Under the pieces are notes generated by a model, which searched no databases, was not told the DNA's origin, and saw only the letters and a program-made list of their open reading frames with translations. The position numbers and the translations under genes were made by a program. Positions 9,819 to 18,957 of a DNA stretch of 64,000 nt are shown here, piece after piece. The DNA is taken from NCBI GenBank assembly GCA_034520665.1, contig JAXHNJ010000001.1:2579-66578 (forward strand). Reading direction: 5' to 3'. The DNA is from Patescibacteria group bacterium. GTDB lineage: Bacteria; Patescibacteriota; Patescibacteriia; JAXHNJ01. Each line of letters starts with the position of its first letter. The first letter of the stretch is position 1.

Positions 9819-11045
9819 TTAATTTTTCCACAATAAATTAGTGCGCATCCAACAATTTGAACTACAATTTTCAGTAGTGTTGTCGTAATAGGTACCTGAC
9901 ATACTATTATAACTTTCTCCATTGTCTAAAATATCACTATCACAATCTATCTGTATAATATCTTTTTCTTCCCAAACATCTCCCATACTCGAGTAAGGTT
10001 TTTCTTCTTGGCAAAATATATTTTCTTTAGGAAATAGAGCGCAACACCATTTATCAATATCTCCTACTCTTTCATCATTTGTACAATAATCCCTTGGCTC
10101 ATCTTTATCCCAACAAGCTGTTTCTACTTCTCCAGAATATTCTCCTTTAAAACTACAATTTATTCTTTTCCAATTTCCTTCACAAGGATTTTCTACTATT
10201 TCAACATAAGCACAGGAGTCAAAGGAAAGACCGGGTCTATCCTTACTACATTTATAATCAGTTATTTTATTTTTTTCCAATATGTCGTCAATTTTATAAC
10301 ACTCATCTTTATTAGCTTCCTCACATAATTTTTGTGGGTCAAAACAATTTAAAGGACAATCTTCACCCACCATAGTTACATCATTAGCACAAATTTGTGG
10401 GTTACCCTCCTCATCAACATCACTACAGACACTACCACAACAATAAGATTCACCATAACCCACTTCATCCTGGACACTTTTAGGAATATCATAACTTGTA
10501 CCACAAGCAAAATGTGGGTAATTATCTATTGATTCTTTATCCGGGAAATCTTTGCAATAAAAAGTATCTAAAACATTTTTTGATATATTAGACAAGGGCA
10601 AAAGTTTAAAGCGGACCAAGGCCGGGTTAATAGTATTAAGTAAAACAAAAGCCCCTAAGGTTAAAACCAGACCGATTAAAGCGCCGTTTAAAGTGGCTTT
10701 GGCTTTTTCTATTTTGGTGGCATTGCCGCTGGCAGTAATCCACTGGAAACCAGCAAAGACAATCATGACAGCGGCAAAGATACCGGCCGCTCGAGCAAAC
10801 CATTGGTAAAACTGTATAATATATTCGCCAAAGTTATTGACACAGTAACTACCAGCAAATTTTCCGTTTTCATCACAGGGTTTAGTCAATTTTGGTATTT
10901 TCAAATTTACTGGTATTTCCTTTTCTCCGGTTTCATTACTACCCTCTTCTTGAGCTAAAGTATTATAAAAAGGAAAGAGTAAAAAAAGTAATACTGTTAA
11001 AACTAAAGTTAATTTAGTTAATATTTTTATATTTTTATTTATCAT
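9819..11045 (-). CDS. Cys-rich secreted/membrane protein, paralog A (408-aa model). The ORF track extends it to 11180 because of an indel that fuses the upstream gene's tail.
   Basis: Identical to 13545..14771(+) from the MINKNIK start. It has the same conserved N-terminal module as paralog B and a different Cys-rich C-terminus. Confidence 0.55.
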   Translation of the reverse strand: MINKNIKILTKLTLVLTVLLFLLFPFYNTLAQEEGSNETGEKEIPVNLKIPKLTKPCDENGKFAGSYCVNNFGEYIIQFYQWFARAAGIFAAVMIVFAGFQWITASGNATKIEKAKATLNGALIGLVLTLGAFVLLNTINPALVRFKLLPLSNISKNVLDTFYCKDFPDKESIDNYPHFACGTSYDIPKSVQDEVGYGESYCCGSVCSDVDEEGNPQICANDVTMVGEDCPLNCFDPQKLCEEANKDECYKIDDILEKNKITDYKCSKDRPGLSFDSCAYVEIVENPCEGNWKRINCSFKGEYSGEVETACWDKDEPRDYCTNDERVGDIDKWCCALFPKENIFCQEEKPYSSMGDVWEEKDIIQIDCDSDILDNGESYNSMSGTYYDNTTENCSSNCWMRTNLLWKN

Positions 11046-11601
11046 ATTATAATTTAATAAATAGGACTTAAAAATTGCCTTTAAAGCCTCAAAAGTTTCT
11101 TTATCCAAAAAATTTGTAATCTCGCTAGGATTTTCATAAATATAATGTCCTAAAATAATCAGAAAAATAATTACTGCCAAACCAAGCCAAATATACCAGG
11201 TAGCCAGAAAAAAACTGACGATAGCCCCGAGAATTGGTATTATTATTCTTTGAATGAGTATTTTTAAAAACTTTTTAGCTGCTTTTTTAACTACTTTTTT
11301 GACTTTTTCTCTTAACCTCCTCTTTGGCTATTTTTCTTACTCTTTCTAATTTTCTTCTTCTTTGTCTTTCCTCATCTTCTTCTTCCTCCTTTTTTGTATC
11401 TTCCTGATTAAAATCTAATCCATCTTTTTCAGAGGATGAATTTCTATATTCTTCTGGAGTTTCCCCATCATCCGCTTGGGTTTCAGGAATTTCACGTAAA
11501 TTTTCTTGATTAATGTTTCTTTCATTAAAACGTTTTTCTTTTAACTCTCTTTCAATTTCCCTATCTTTATTTTCACTTTTTTTTTCATCTAATTCTTTCA
11601 T
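11046..11601 (-). pseudogene. K/E-rich small membrane protein, frameshifted copy (intact 182-aa version at 12988..13536)
   Basis: The N-terminal 104 codons are in one frame. The C-terminal TM part (WLGLAVIIFLIILGHYIY..) is shifted and read as an N-terminal extension of paralog A. Indels relative to the other arm were seen directly. Confidence 0.5.
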
Positions 11602-11611
11602 AACTTATATT

Positions 11612-12199
11612 TTATAGATCACTCTTTTCACCCCAGGAAGCAGCATTAATTTTCCATGTATTATCAATTTTTTTTAACTCTAAAACTAATTTCTGATAAT
11701 AATTATCCAGAGTATCTGTTAGATCTTCTTCAGTTCTTTCAGTTAATAACTCTACTCTAGCGCTTTCGTCGGAAAAATTAGTTATTTTATTAGAAATTAC
11801 TTTACTCACCATAGCTTTATAATCATCGTCTTCAGATCTAATTTTCTCTTGTTCTTCAATATAGCTATCTATATCTTTTTGGTAGCTAGAAGTCATCCAT
11901 GATTTAAGGTTTTCTAAATTTTCAAAATCATTTTTGTTTGAATAACTGCCGAAACGTTCAGCAAAAGTATGGGCCATTCCTATTATTTCATTTTTTTCTT
12001 TACTTTTATCAATAGCCGAATTAGTATTATTATTCGCATTTGTATTAACCGAAAGATTTAGATTTTGATTCTGATTTAAATTTAAAGCAAAATTAGTATT
12101 TGCTTGATTAAGATTGTCGTCATTCACATTGCCATTACCCTCATACCAATAAAAAAATACAAAGGCCAGACCTCCTAAAATAATTATAACGGCTACCAT
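11612..12199 (-). CDS. Hypothetical membrane-anchored protein with N-rich linker (195 aa)
   Basis: N-terminal TM and a low-complexity N/Q-rich region. Identical divergent copy at 12390..12977. Confidence 0.5.
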   Translation of the reverse strand: MVAVIIILGGLAFVFFYWYEGNGNVNDDNLNQANTNFALNLNQNQNLNLSVNTNANNNTNSAIDKSKEKNEIIGMAHTFAERFGSYSNKNDFENLENLKSWMTSSYQKDIDSYIEEQEKIRSEDDDYKAMVSKVISNKITNFSDESARVELLTERTEEDLTDTLDNYYQKLVLELKKIDNTWKINAASWGEKSDL

Positions 12200-12240
12200 A
12201 ATGATAAATAGATAATTTTTTCATATATTTATATTTTAAT

Positions 12241-12350
12241 TAACCTAAACCTTGGCTGTCTTTACTAACACTTTATACCTCTGATAGCTTTCGGCGGTAA
12301 GCTATCAGAGGTATAAAGTGTTAGTAAAGACAGCCAAGGTTTAGGTTAAT
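12241..12350. repeat. Symmetry junction of the inverted duplication: arms meet at 12291..12298 with an 8-nt asymmetric spacer (tcggcggt)
   Basis: Perfect reverse-complement symmetry on both sides (..ctgatagctt|tcggcggt|aagctatcag..). Confidence 0.9.
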
Positions 12351-12389
12351 TAAAATATAAATATATGAAAAAATTATCTATTTATCATT

Positions 12390-12977
12390 ATGGTAGCCGT
12401 TATAATTATTTTAGGAGGTCTGGCCTTTGTATTTTTTTATTGGTATGAGGGTAATGGCAATGTGAATGACGACAATCTTAATCAAGCAAATACTAATTTT
12501 GCTTTAAATTTAAATCAGAATCAAAATCTAAATCTTTCGGTTAATACAAATGCGAATAATAATACTAATTCGGCTATTGATAAAAGTAAAGAAAAAAATG
12601 AAATAATAGGAATGGCCCATACTTTTGCTGAACGTTTCGGCAGTTATTCAAACAAAAATGATTTTGAAAATTTAGAAAACCTTAAATCATGGATGACTTC
12701 TAGCTACCAAAAAGATATAGATAGCTATATTGAAGAACAAGAGAAAATTAGATCTGAAGACGATGATTATAAAGCTATGGTGAGTAAAGTAATTTCTAAT
12801 AAAATAACTAATTTTTCCGACGAAAGCGCTAGAGTAGAGTTATTAACTGAAAGAACTGAAGAAGATCTAACAGATACTCTGGATAATTATTATCAGAAAT
12901 TAGTTTTAGAGTTAAAAAAAATTGATAATACATGGAAAATTAATGCTGCTTCCTGGGGTGAAAAGAGTGATCTATAA
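12390..12977 (+). CDS. Hypothetical membrane-anchored protein with N-rich linker (195 aa), right-arm copy
   Basis: Identical protein to 11612..12199(-). Confidence 0.5.
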   Translation: MVAVIIILGGLAFVFFYWYEGNGNVNDDNLNQANTNFALNLNQNQNLNLSVNTNANNNTNSAIDKSKEKNEIIGMAHTFAERFGSYSNKNDFENLENLKSWMTSSYQKDIDSYIEEQEKIRSEDDDYKAMVSKVISNKITNFSDESARVELLTERTEEDLTDTLDNYYQKLVLELKKIDNTWKINAASWGEKSDL

Positions 12978-12987
12978 AATATAAGTT

Positions 12988-13536
12988 ATGAAAGAATTAG
13001 ACATGAAAAAAAAGAGTGAAAATAAAGATAGGGAAATTGAAAGAGAGTTAAAAGAAAAACGTTTTAATGAAAGAAACATTAATCAAGAAAATTTACGTGA
13101 AATTCCTGAAACCCAAGCGGATGATGGGGAAACTCCAGAAGAATATAGAAATTCATCCTCTGAAAAAGATGGATTAGATTTTAATCAGGAAGATACAAAA
13201 AAGGAGGAAGAAGAAGATGAGGAAAGACAAAGAAGAAGAAAATTAGAAAGAGTAAGAAAAATAGCCAAAGAGGAGGTTAAGAAAAAAGTCAAAAAAGTAG
13301 TTAAAAAAGCAGCTAAAAAGTTTTTAAAAATACTCATTCAAAGAATAATAATACCAATTCTCGGGGCTATCGTCAGTTTTTTTCTGGCTACCTGGTATAT
13401 TTGGCTTGGTTTGGCAGTAATTATTTTTCTGATTATTTTAGGACATTATATTTATGAAAATCCTAGCGAGATTACAAATTTTTTGGATAAAGAAACTTTT
13501 GAGGCTTTAAAGGCAATTTTTAAGTCCTATTTTTAA
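12988..13536 (+). CDS. K/E-rich protein with C-terminal TM helix (182 aa), intact copy
   Basis: Highly charged N-terminal region, a KK-rich segment, then a hydrophobic C-terminal helix. Confidence 0.45.
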   Translation: MKELDMKKKSENKDREIERELKEKRFNERNINQENLREIPETQADDGETPEEYRNSSSEKDGLDFNQEDTKKEEEEDEERQRRRKLERVRKIAKEEVKKKVKKVVKKAAKKFLKILIQRIIIPILGAIVSFFLATWYIWLGLAVIIFLIILGHYIYENPSEITNFLDKETFEALKAIFKSYF

Positions 13537-13544
13537 ATTATAAT

Positions 13545-14771
13545 ATGATAAATAAAAATATAAAAATATTAACTAAATTAACTTTAGTTTTAACAGTATT
13601 ACTTTTTTTACTCTTTCCTTTTTATAATACTTTAGCTCAAGAAGAGGGTAGTAATGAAACCGGAGAAAAGGAAATACCAGTAAATTTGAAAATACCAAAA
13701 TTGACTAAACCCTGTGATGAAAACGGAAAATTTGCTGGTAGTTACTGTGTCAATAACTTTGGCGAATATATTATACAGTTTTACCAATGGTTTGCTCGAG
13801 CGGCCGGTATCTTTGCCGCTGTCATGATTGTCTTTGCTGGTTTCCAGTGGATTACTGCCAGCGGCAATGCCACCAAAATAGAAAAAGCCAAAGCCACTTT
13901 AAACGGCGCTTTAATCGGTCTGGTTTTAACCTTAGGGGCTTTTGTTTTACTTAATACTATTAACCCGGCCTTGGTCCGCTTTAAACTTTTGCCCTTGTCT
14001 AATATATCAAAAAATGTTTTAGATACTTTTTATTGCAAAGATTTCCCGGATAAAGAATCAATAGATAATTACCCACATTTTGCTTGTGGTACAAGTTATG
14101 ATATTCCTAAAAGTGTCCAGGATGAAGTGGGTTATGGTGAATCTTATTGTTGTGGTAGTGTCTGTAGTGATGTTGATGAGGAGGGTAACCCACAAATTTG
14201 TGCTAATGATGTAACTATGGTGGGTGAAGATTGTCCTTTAAATTGTTTTGACCCACAAAAATTATGTGAGGAAGCTAATAAAGATGAGTGTTATAAAATT
14301 GACGACATATTGGAAAAAAATAAAATAACTGATTATAAATGTAGTAAGGATAGACCCGGTCTTTCCTTTGACTCCTGTGCTTATGTTGAAATAGTAGAAA
14401 ATCCTTGTGAAGGAAATTGGAAAAGAATAAATTGTAGTTTTAAAGGAGAATATTCTGGAGAAGTAGAAACAGCTTGTTGGGATAAAGATGAGCCAAGGGA
14501 TTATTGTACAAATGATGAAAGAGTAGGAGATATTGATAAATGGTGTTGCGCTCTATTTCCTAAAGAAAATATATTTTGCCAAGAAGAAAAACCTTACTCG
14601 AGTATGGGAGATGTTTGGGAAGAAAAAGATATTATACAGATAGATTGTGATAGTGATATTTTAGACAATGGAGAAAGTTATAATAGTATGTCAGGTACCT
14701 ATTACGACAACACTACTGAAAATTGTAGTTCAAATTGTTGGATGCGCACTAATTTATTGTGGAAAAATTAA
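13545..14771 (+). CDS. Cys-rich secreted/membrane protein, paralog A (right-arm copy)
   Basis: Signal peptide, conserved two-helix module and a Cys-rich C-terminal domain. Forms a tandem pair with 14974..16248. Confidence 0.6.
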   Translation: MINKNIKILTKLTLVLTVLLFLLFPFYNTLAQEEGSNETGEKEIPVNLKIPKLTKPCDENGKFAGSYCVNNFGEYIIQFYQWFARAAGIFAAVMIVFAGFQWITASGNATKIEKAKATLNGALIGLVLTLGAFVLLNTINPALVRFKLLPLSNISKNVLDTFYCKDFPDKESIDNYPHFACGTSYDIPKSVQDEVGYGESYCCGSVCSDVDEEGNPQICANDVTMVGEDCPLNCFDPQKLCEEANKDECYKIDDILEKNKITDYKCSKDRPGLSFDSCAYVEIVENPCEGNWKRINCSFKGEYSGEVETACWDKDEPRDYCTNDERVGDIDKWCCALFPKENIFCQEEKPYSSMGDVWEEKDIIQIDCDSDILDNGESYNSMSGTYYDNTTENCSSNCWMRTNLLWKN

Positions 14772-14793
14772 AATATAAGTAAATATTATTAAT

Positions 14794-14973
14794 ATGAACC
14801 CAAAATTAAAAAGAATTTTACTCATTATCGGCTTTATGTGGAGAAAATCCTTGTGGATCAAGTGCATCTGCCAGTGCTACTGATTGCAGTATTGTGCCTA
14901 ATGGACATTGCTGTATGGATGTTAACTTATATGTTAAAAATGAAAATAATATTTTTCCTAATTAAATAATAAG
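14794..14973 (+). pseudogene. Gene remnants (propeller-gene start fragment + decayed Cys-rich tail), right-arm copy
   Basis: Mirror of 9617..9796. Confidence 0.5.
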
Positions 14974-16248
14974 ATGAAAAAAATAGCTAAAATAATCTTA
15001 ATCCTATCAATTTTTTCCGTTTTGTTATTTTATTCAGGGCAAGTTTTAGCTCAGGAAGAAGGAAGTGATACAGAAGTGGGTGAAAAACAGATTAAAGTAA
15101 ATTTACAAATTCCCGGCTTAACCAAAAAATGTGATCCCGATTGTAATACCTCTACCTGTGATTATTGTGTCAATAACTTTGGCGATTATATTATACAGTT
15201 TTACCAATGGTTTGCTCGAGCGGCCGGTATCTTTGCCGCTGTCATGATTGTCTTTGCTGGTTTCCAGTGGATTACTGCCAGCGGCAATGCCACCAAAATA
15301 GAAAAAGCCAAAGCCACTTTAAACGGCGCTTTAATGGGTCTGGTTTTAACCTTAGGGGCTTTTGTTTTACTTAATACTATTAACCCAGCCTTGGTCCGCT
15401 TTAAACTTTTGCCCTTGTCTAATATATCAAAAAATGTTTTAGATACTTTTTATTGCAAAGATTTCCCGGATAAAGAATCAATAGATAGTTACCCATATTT
15501 TGCTTGTGGTACAAGATATGATATTCCTAAAAGTGCCCAGGATAAAGCAGCTTATGGTGAATCATATTGTTGTGGTAGTGAATGTGATCCGACTGTAGAA
15601 ACTAAATCCGGAGAACCAAAAATTTGCGCCAATGACGTTACTTCTAAAAAGGATTGTCCTTTAAATTGTTTTGACCCCAAGGATTTATGCGATGAAGCTG
15701 ATGATGAAAAATGCCAAGAAGTGGATGCTGTTATTGCTAAAAATCCAGAAATAAAATCAAGCTGCCGTAGAATTAATAAGGGTTTTGGGAATATGGACTG
15801 CCGTTTTGCAAAAATACGTGGTACTAGTAGTAATGGAATATTTGAAGTTAATCTTTTACAAGATGAGTTGACTGAAAAAGTCTGTGAAGAAGTTACTGAT
15901 ATAAGAATAGATTGTGAACGTGGCGGTACCCAATGTTGGGACTCTGATAATAATGAACCAAGATATCTCATAGCTCCTAGCAAAATTTTTTGTAGCAGTG
16001 ATTCCCGGGCTAACGTAGAAGCTGACACTATTTGTTGTATGAAAGCCTTAAAAACAGAAATTGATTGTCGGGATCCTGGGAAATGTGATAGTAAAAATGA
16101 AATTGAGGTAGACTGTGACACCTATAATAGCCCGGAATTTAATGATATGAAATACCAAGGTGGCGGCGAGGATCTTGCTTGTATTGATAATAATGAATGT
16201 TTTTGTCCAGCTGATCATATTTGTTGTGCTCAAACTTATCTTCATTAA
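14974..16248 (+). CDS. Cys-rich secreted/membrane protein, paralog B (right-arm copy)
   Basis: Identical protein to 8342..9616(-). Confidence 0.6.
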   Translation: MKKIAKIILILSIFSVLLFYSGQVLAQEEGSDTEVGEKQIKVNLQIPGLTKKCDPDCNTSTCDYCVNNFGDYIIQFYQWFARAAGIFAAVMIVFAGFQWITASGNATKIEKAKATLNGALMGLVLTLGAFVLLNTINPALVRFKLLPLSNISKNVLDTFYCKDFPDKESIDSYPYFACGTRYDIPKSAQDKAAYGESYCCGSECDPTVETKSGEPKICANDVTSKKDCPLNCFDPKDLCDEADDEKCQEVDAVIAKNPEIKSSCRRINKGFGNMDCRFAKIRGTSSNGIFEVNLLQDELTEKVCEEVTDIRIDCERGGTQCWDSDNNEPRYLIAPSKIFCSSDSRANVEADTICCMKALKTEIDCRDPGKCDSKNEIEVDCDTYNSPEFNDMKYQGGGEDLACIDNNECFCPADHICCAQTYLH

Positions 16249-16403
16249 AATTTACTTGATTATATCGTCAAATTATTAGAGAAATATTTTTTTATATCTA
16301 AATACAGCTAATAAACTCTACTATTAATTATAAAATTTTAGCTCCAAACTTATCTGTATTTTAACTATTAATAAATAATTTAATTAATTTATAAATAGAT
16401 TAT

Positions 16404-17660
16404 ATGAACCCAAAATTAAAAAGAATTTTACTCATTATCGGCTTTATAGCCGTAGCCGTTTTTTTTGGCTATTTAATTTACCGTATCTTATTTTCGCCAA
16501 TAATAGATACTAATGATAATGATAATTATAATGTCAACGGCATTTTACCTAATATTAACGCGGTTAATCGCCCCACAGGCAATATTAATGATAATTTAAA
16601 TGTTAACGAAGCTTTGCCTAATATTAATGGTACAGCTCAGCCCGAACCGCCCTCCCAGGTAGCTTCCGGCGGGATTACCGAGGTTAGTAAGATTACCGAA
16701 GACTTAACCAAGTCAGCTGTAATAGATACCAATAAAAAGGATTTGATTTATTATGATGAATTAACTGGAGAATTTATTAAAACTTCGCCGGATGGCACCA
16801 CTAAAACAAAATTAACTGACGATAAATATCCCGGAGCCGAAGATATTTACTGGTCTCCTTCACGTGATAAAGCTGTTATTACTTTTCCTGACCGATCCAA
16901 AATAACTTACGATTTTAACCTAAAAAAGCAGTACAGTTTACCTAAAGAAACATATGAATTTTCTTTTTCTCCGTCATCAGGTAAATTAGCTTATAAGTAT
17001 CAGGGCGAGCAGGAAGGAGATAATTATTTAGCTGTTTCTGACCCTGAAGGCACTTCAGCCAGATTGGTGGAAGACTTGGGGCAATATGCTAATCAAGTAA
17101 CTGTAAATTGGGCTCCTAATAATCAGGTTATTGCTACTTATAACAAATCAACCAGTACTGAAGAGCAGGAAATAATTTTTTTAGGGGCTAATAATGAAAA
17201 TTTCCCCTCTGTTGATGTATCCGGAAGGGGTTTTAAATCAAAATGGTCACCGACAGGCAATACTATTTTATACAGTGTTTTTGACAAAGAATCAAATTAT
17301 AACCCCAGTCTTCATATAATGGACGGCACTATGGAAAATATAGGAGCCAGTCAAGTTGATTTAAACATACAGACCTGGCCTGATAAATGTGTTTTTGGCG
17401 ATAATAATTATATTTACTGCGCCGTACCTGAATTTCTGCCCAGTGGCAGTGACATTTATCCGGAATTAGCTAATAATGTACCTGATGATTTTTATAAAAT
17501 TAATCTGGAAACAGGTTCAAAAGAATTATTAGCTAGACCGGTAAATTCTTCCGGATTTGGTAACTATACGGCCCAGAATGTTTATCTTTCCAATAATGAA
17601 GAATATATTTATTTTACCGATAAAAATACAGGACGAGTTTATAAAATAAGACTGAAATAA
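16404..17660 (+). CDS. Membrane-anchored PD40/TolB-like beta-propeller repeat protein (right-arm copy)
   Basis: Identical protein to 6930..8186(-). Confidence 0.5.
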   Translation: MNPKLKRILLIIGFIAVAVFFGYLIYRILFSPIIDTNDNDNYNVNGILPNINAVNRPTGNINDNLNVNEALPNINGTAQPEPPSQVASGGITEVSKITEDLTKSAVIDTNKKDLIYYDELTGEFIKTSPDGTTKTKLTDDKYPGAEDIYWSPSRDKAVITFPDRSKITYDFNLKKQYSLPKETYEFSFSPSSGKLAYKYQGEQEGDNYLAVSDPEGTSARLVEDLGQYANQVTVNWAPNNQVIATYNKSTSTEEQEIIFLGANNENFPSVDVSGRGFKSKWSPTGNTILYSVFDKESNYNPSLHIMDGTMENIGASQVDLNIQTWPDKCVFGDNNYIYCAVPEFLPSGSDIYPELANNVPDDFYKINLETGSKELLARPVNSSGFGNYTAQNVYLSNNEEYIYFTDKNTGRVYKIRLK

Positions 17661-17663
17661 TAA

Positions 17664-18282
17664 ATGGATAAAAAAAAGCTAGGCCTAAATGCTTTAATAG
17701 TATTAGCTGTATTAATAGTTATTCTATTTGCTTATTCGGTTTTGTCTTTTTTAATGATAAAACTGGTTCAAGTTTTCCGAAAATTAAATCAGAAAACCCC
17801 ATTATAGGGAAAAAAGTAATGAAGTGGTAATAATTCAATATGGGGATTTTCAGTGTCCTTATTGCAGAGAGTTGGCCGATATTTTTCGTAATTTAAATGA
17901 TGAATATGAAGGAGAGATAGCTATTGTCTGGAAGGATTTTCCGCTTCATCAAATTCATGATCAATCTTTAAACGCGGCTAAGGCGGCCCGTTGCGCTCAG
18001 AAGCAGGATAAATTTTGGCAGATGCACGATCTACTTTTTCAAAACCAAAAAAAACTAACTGATGACTTATATGTACCCTTAGCTTCTGGCTTAGATTTGG
18101 ACACTGATGAATTTATTCAATGTGTTAATAATAATGAAACCCTAGCTTTAATTCAGAAAGATATAGAGGAAGGAACAAGTTTAGGTGTTCAGGGCACGCC
18201 TCATTTCTTTGTAAATAATTATGAAATAACTGAGTTAATTGAAGAGGAGGAACTCAAAGATATTATTGATTCATTGCTTTAA
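17664..18282 (+). pseudogene. DsbA-like thiol:disulfide oxidoreductase, frameshifted copy (homopolymer indels vs left arm)
   Basis: The ATG at 17664 reads MDKKKLGLNALIVLAVLIVILFAYSVLSF, then the frame is lost. The CPYC-containing part survives as the ORF 17824..18282. T6 vs T7 and A6 vs A7 run differences relative to the left arm. Confidence 0.6.
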
Positions 18283-18345
18283 AAATTAATTAAGCCAAAT
18301 AATATAAAAAGATCTTTTTTTTAAATAAGATTTTTTTTAATCTAT

Positions 18346-18379
18346 AAAAAAAGAAGGGTGGTTCGGCTGAACCACCCTG
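18346..18379 (-). terminator. Rho-independent terminator (mirror of 6209..6242)
   Basis: Same GC stem and T-run on the minus strand. Confidence 0.8.
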
Positions 18380-18388
18380 GTGAAAGTA

Positions 18389-18664
18389 CTAGTTTGTCTG
18401 TAGATGTTTTTTAATTTCGGGATTAACATCCCCAATTATTTTAATAACCTCATTTCTTAACTTGGAGTGATTTTCATGCTCAGCCCATTGCCGGGCCCAG
18501 TTGATTAAGCCACTGCTGTTTCTTTCAAGATGTTTTTTGAATCCTTCCTTTTTTGAAAATTTCCGGATTTCTTCTAATAATGTTTTTTCTCCGTTGCGAT
18601 GTATAATCTGACTGGCGTTGTTAACTCCCAGTAAAGAACAGAGATTATTTGTGTAGACACACAT
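18389..18664 (-). CDS. Hypothetical 91-aa protein (right-arm copy)
   Basis: Identical to 5924..6199. Confidence 0.5.
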   Translation of the reverse strand: MCVYTNNLCSLLGVNNASQIIHRNGEKTLLEEIRKFSKKEGFKKHLERNSSGLINWARQWAEHENHSKLRNEVIKIIGDVNPEIKKHLQTN

Positions 18665-18777
18665 CTTTGATCCTCTCTTTAAACAGACAAACTTAGCTAA
18701 TTTATGGTTTTATATTTCAATTAATTCACCTCCTTTTTTTGTTTTTAAGTCAACTAGACCAAGAAATAATTAATTAA

Positions 18778-18907
18778 TTGAAAAAATTAAAGAGGGAGCA
18801 CTTTTTTTATAAATAGTCTTTTAAACAGGCGAGAGGATCAATCTTTACCTGTTTAAGACTTTAGTTATTTATGAGCGGAAGCGCTCCCTCGTGTGTACTT
18901 AAAGTGC
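18778..18907 (-). promoter_or_regulatory. Structured 5' leader, mirror copy of 5681..5810
   Basis: Reverse complement of the left-arm leader. Confidence 0.35.
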
Positions 18908-18957
18908 CTATAATAATAAATACTATCTAAAATTTTAATATTTGTCAAGAGCTTGGC

